Part shown: piece after piece, positions 63,881-64,000 of the stretch | Layout: each line of letters begins with the position of its first letter | Position numbering within the stretch: position 1 is the stretch's first letter | From: Mobula hypostoma | Lineage: Eukaryota | Direction: 5' to 3' | Assembly: GCF_963921235.1 (NCBI RefSeq) | Contig: NC_086097.1 | Span: forward strand, 101,124,001 to 101,188,000 | DNA length: 64,000 nucleotides | The notes under the pieces: model-generated | Databases searched by the model: none | What the model saw: only the letters and a program-made list of their open reading frames with translations | What the model was told of the DNA's origin: nothing | Made by a program: the position numbers and the translations under genes

Positions 63881-64000
63881 CTGGTAATTAATTAATATAA
63901 TCCATACATTTTCTATGTATACGATAGTATAATCTTTACTTTGAAACATTTTAGAGCTCCAACATCGGTGAAATTATTATGGGGAACAAGGAAATGGCAG

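Overview
Eukaryotic vertebrate genomic DNA, not prokaryotic. The repeat complement (CR1 LINEs with an esterase ORF1, Rex1/Babar, RTE, L1, R4/Dong, Penelope-like, V-SINE, Tc1, Tigger, Gypsy) suggests a cartilaginous fish, probably a ray; this is inferred. Most of the window is nested, largely decayed transposable elements, and nearly all listed ORFs are TE fragments or antisense noise. Likely host sequence is limited to a CpG-island promoter with seven CCAAT boxes (~22.2-23.3 kb) and a few unidentified exon candidates (best at 60.9-63.9 kb, minus strand). The most striking item is a structurally complete Gypsy LTR retrotransposon at 2517-7175 (two LTRs, TAGT target-site duplication, tRNA-Pro primer site, polypurine tract, PNMA-type gag). 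Its RNase H/integrase region is replaced by an intronless, internally deleted myosin heavy chain (MYH16-like) rod fragment that is in frame with pol at both junctions. Also present: minimal hammerhead ribozyme motifs in two Penelope-like families, a fold-back Tc1 derivative in two copies, a self-nested ~600 bp non-autonomous retroelement, and a multi-layer nested insertion with readable target-site duplications. Family assignments come from recalled protein motifs, not database searches, and degenerate element boundaries are approximate.
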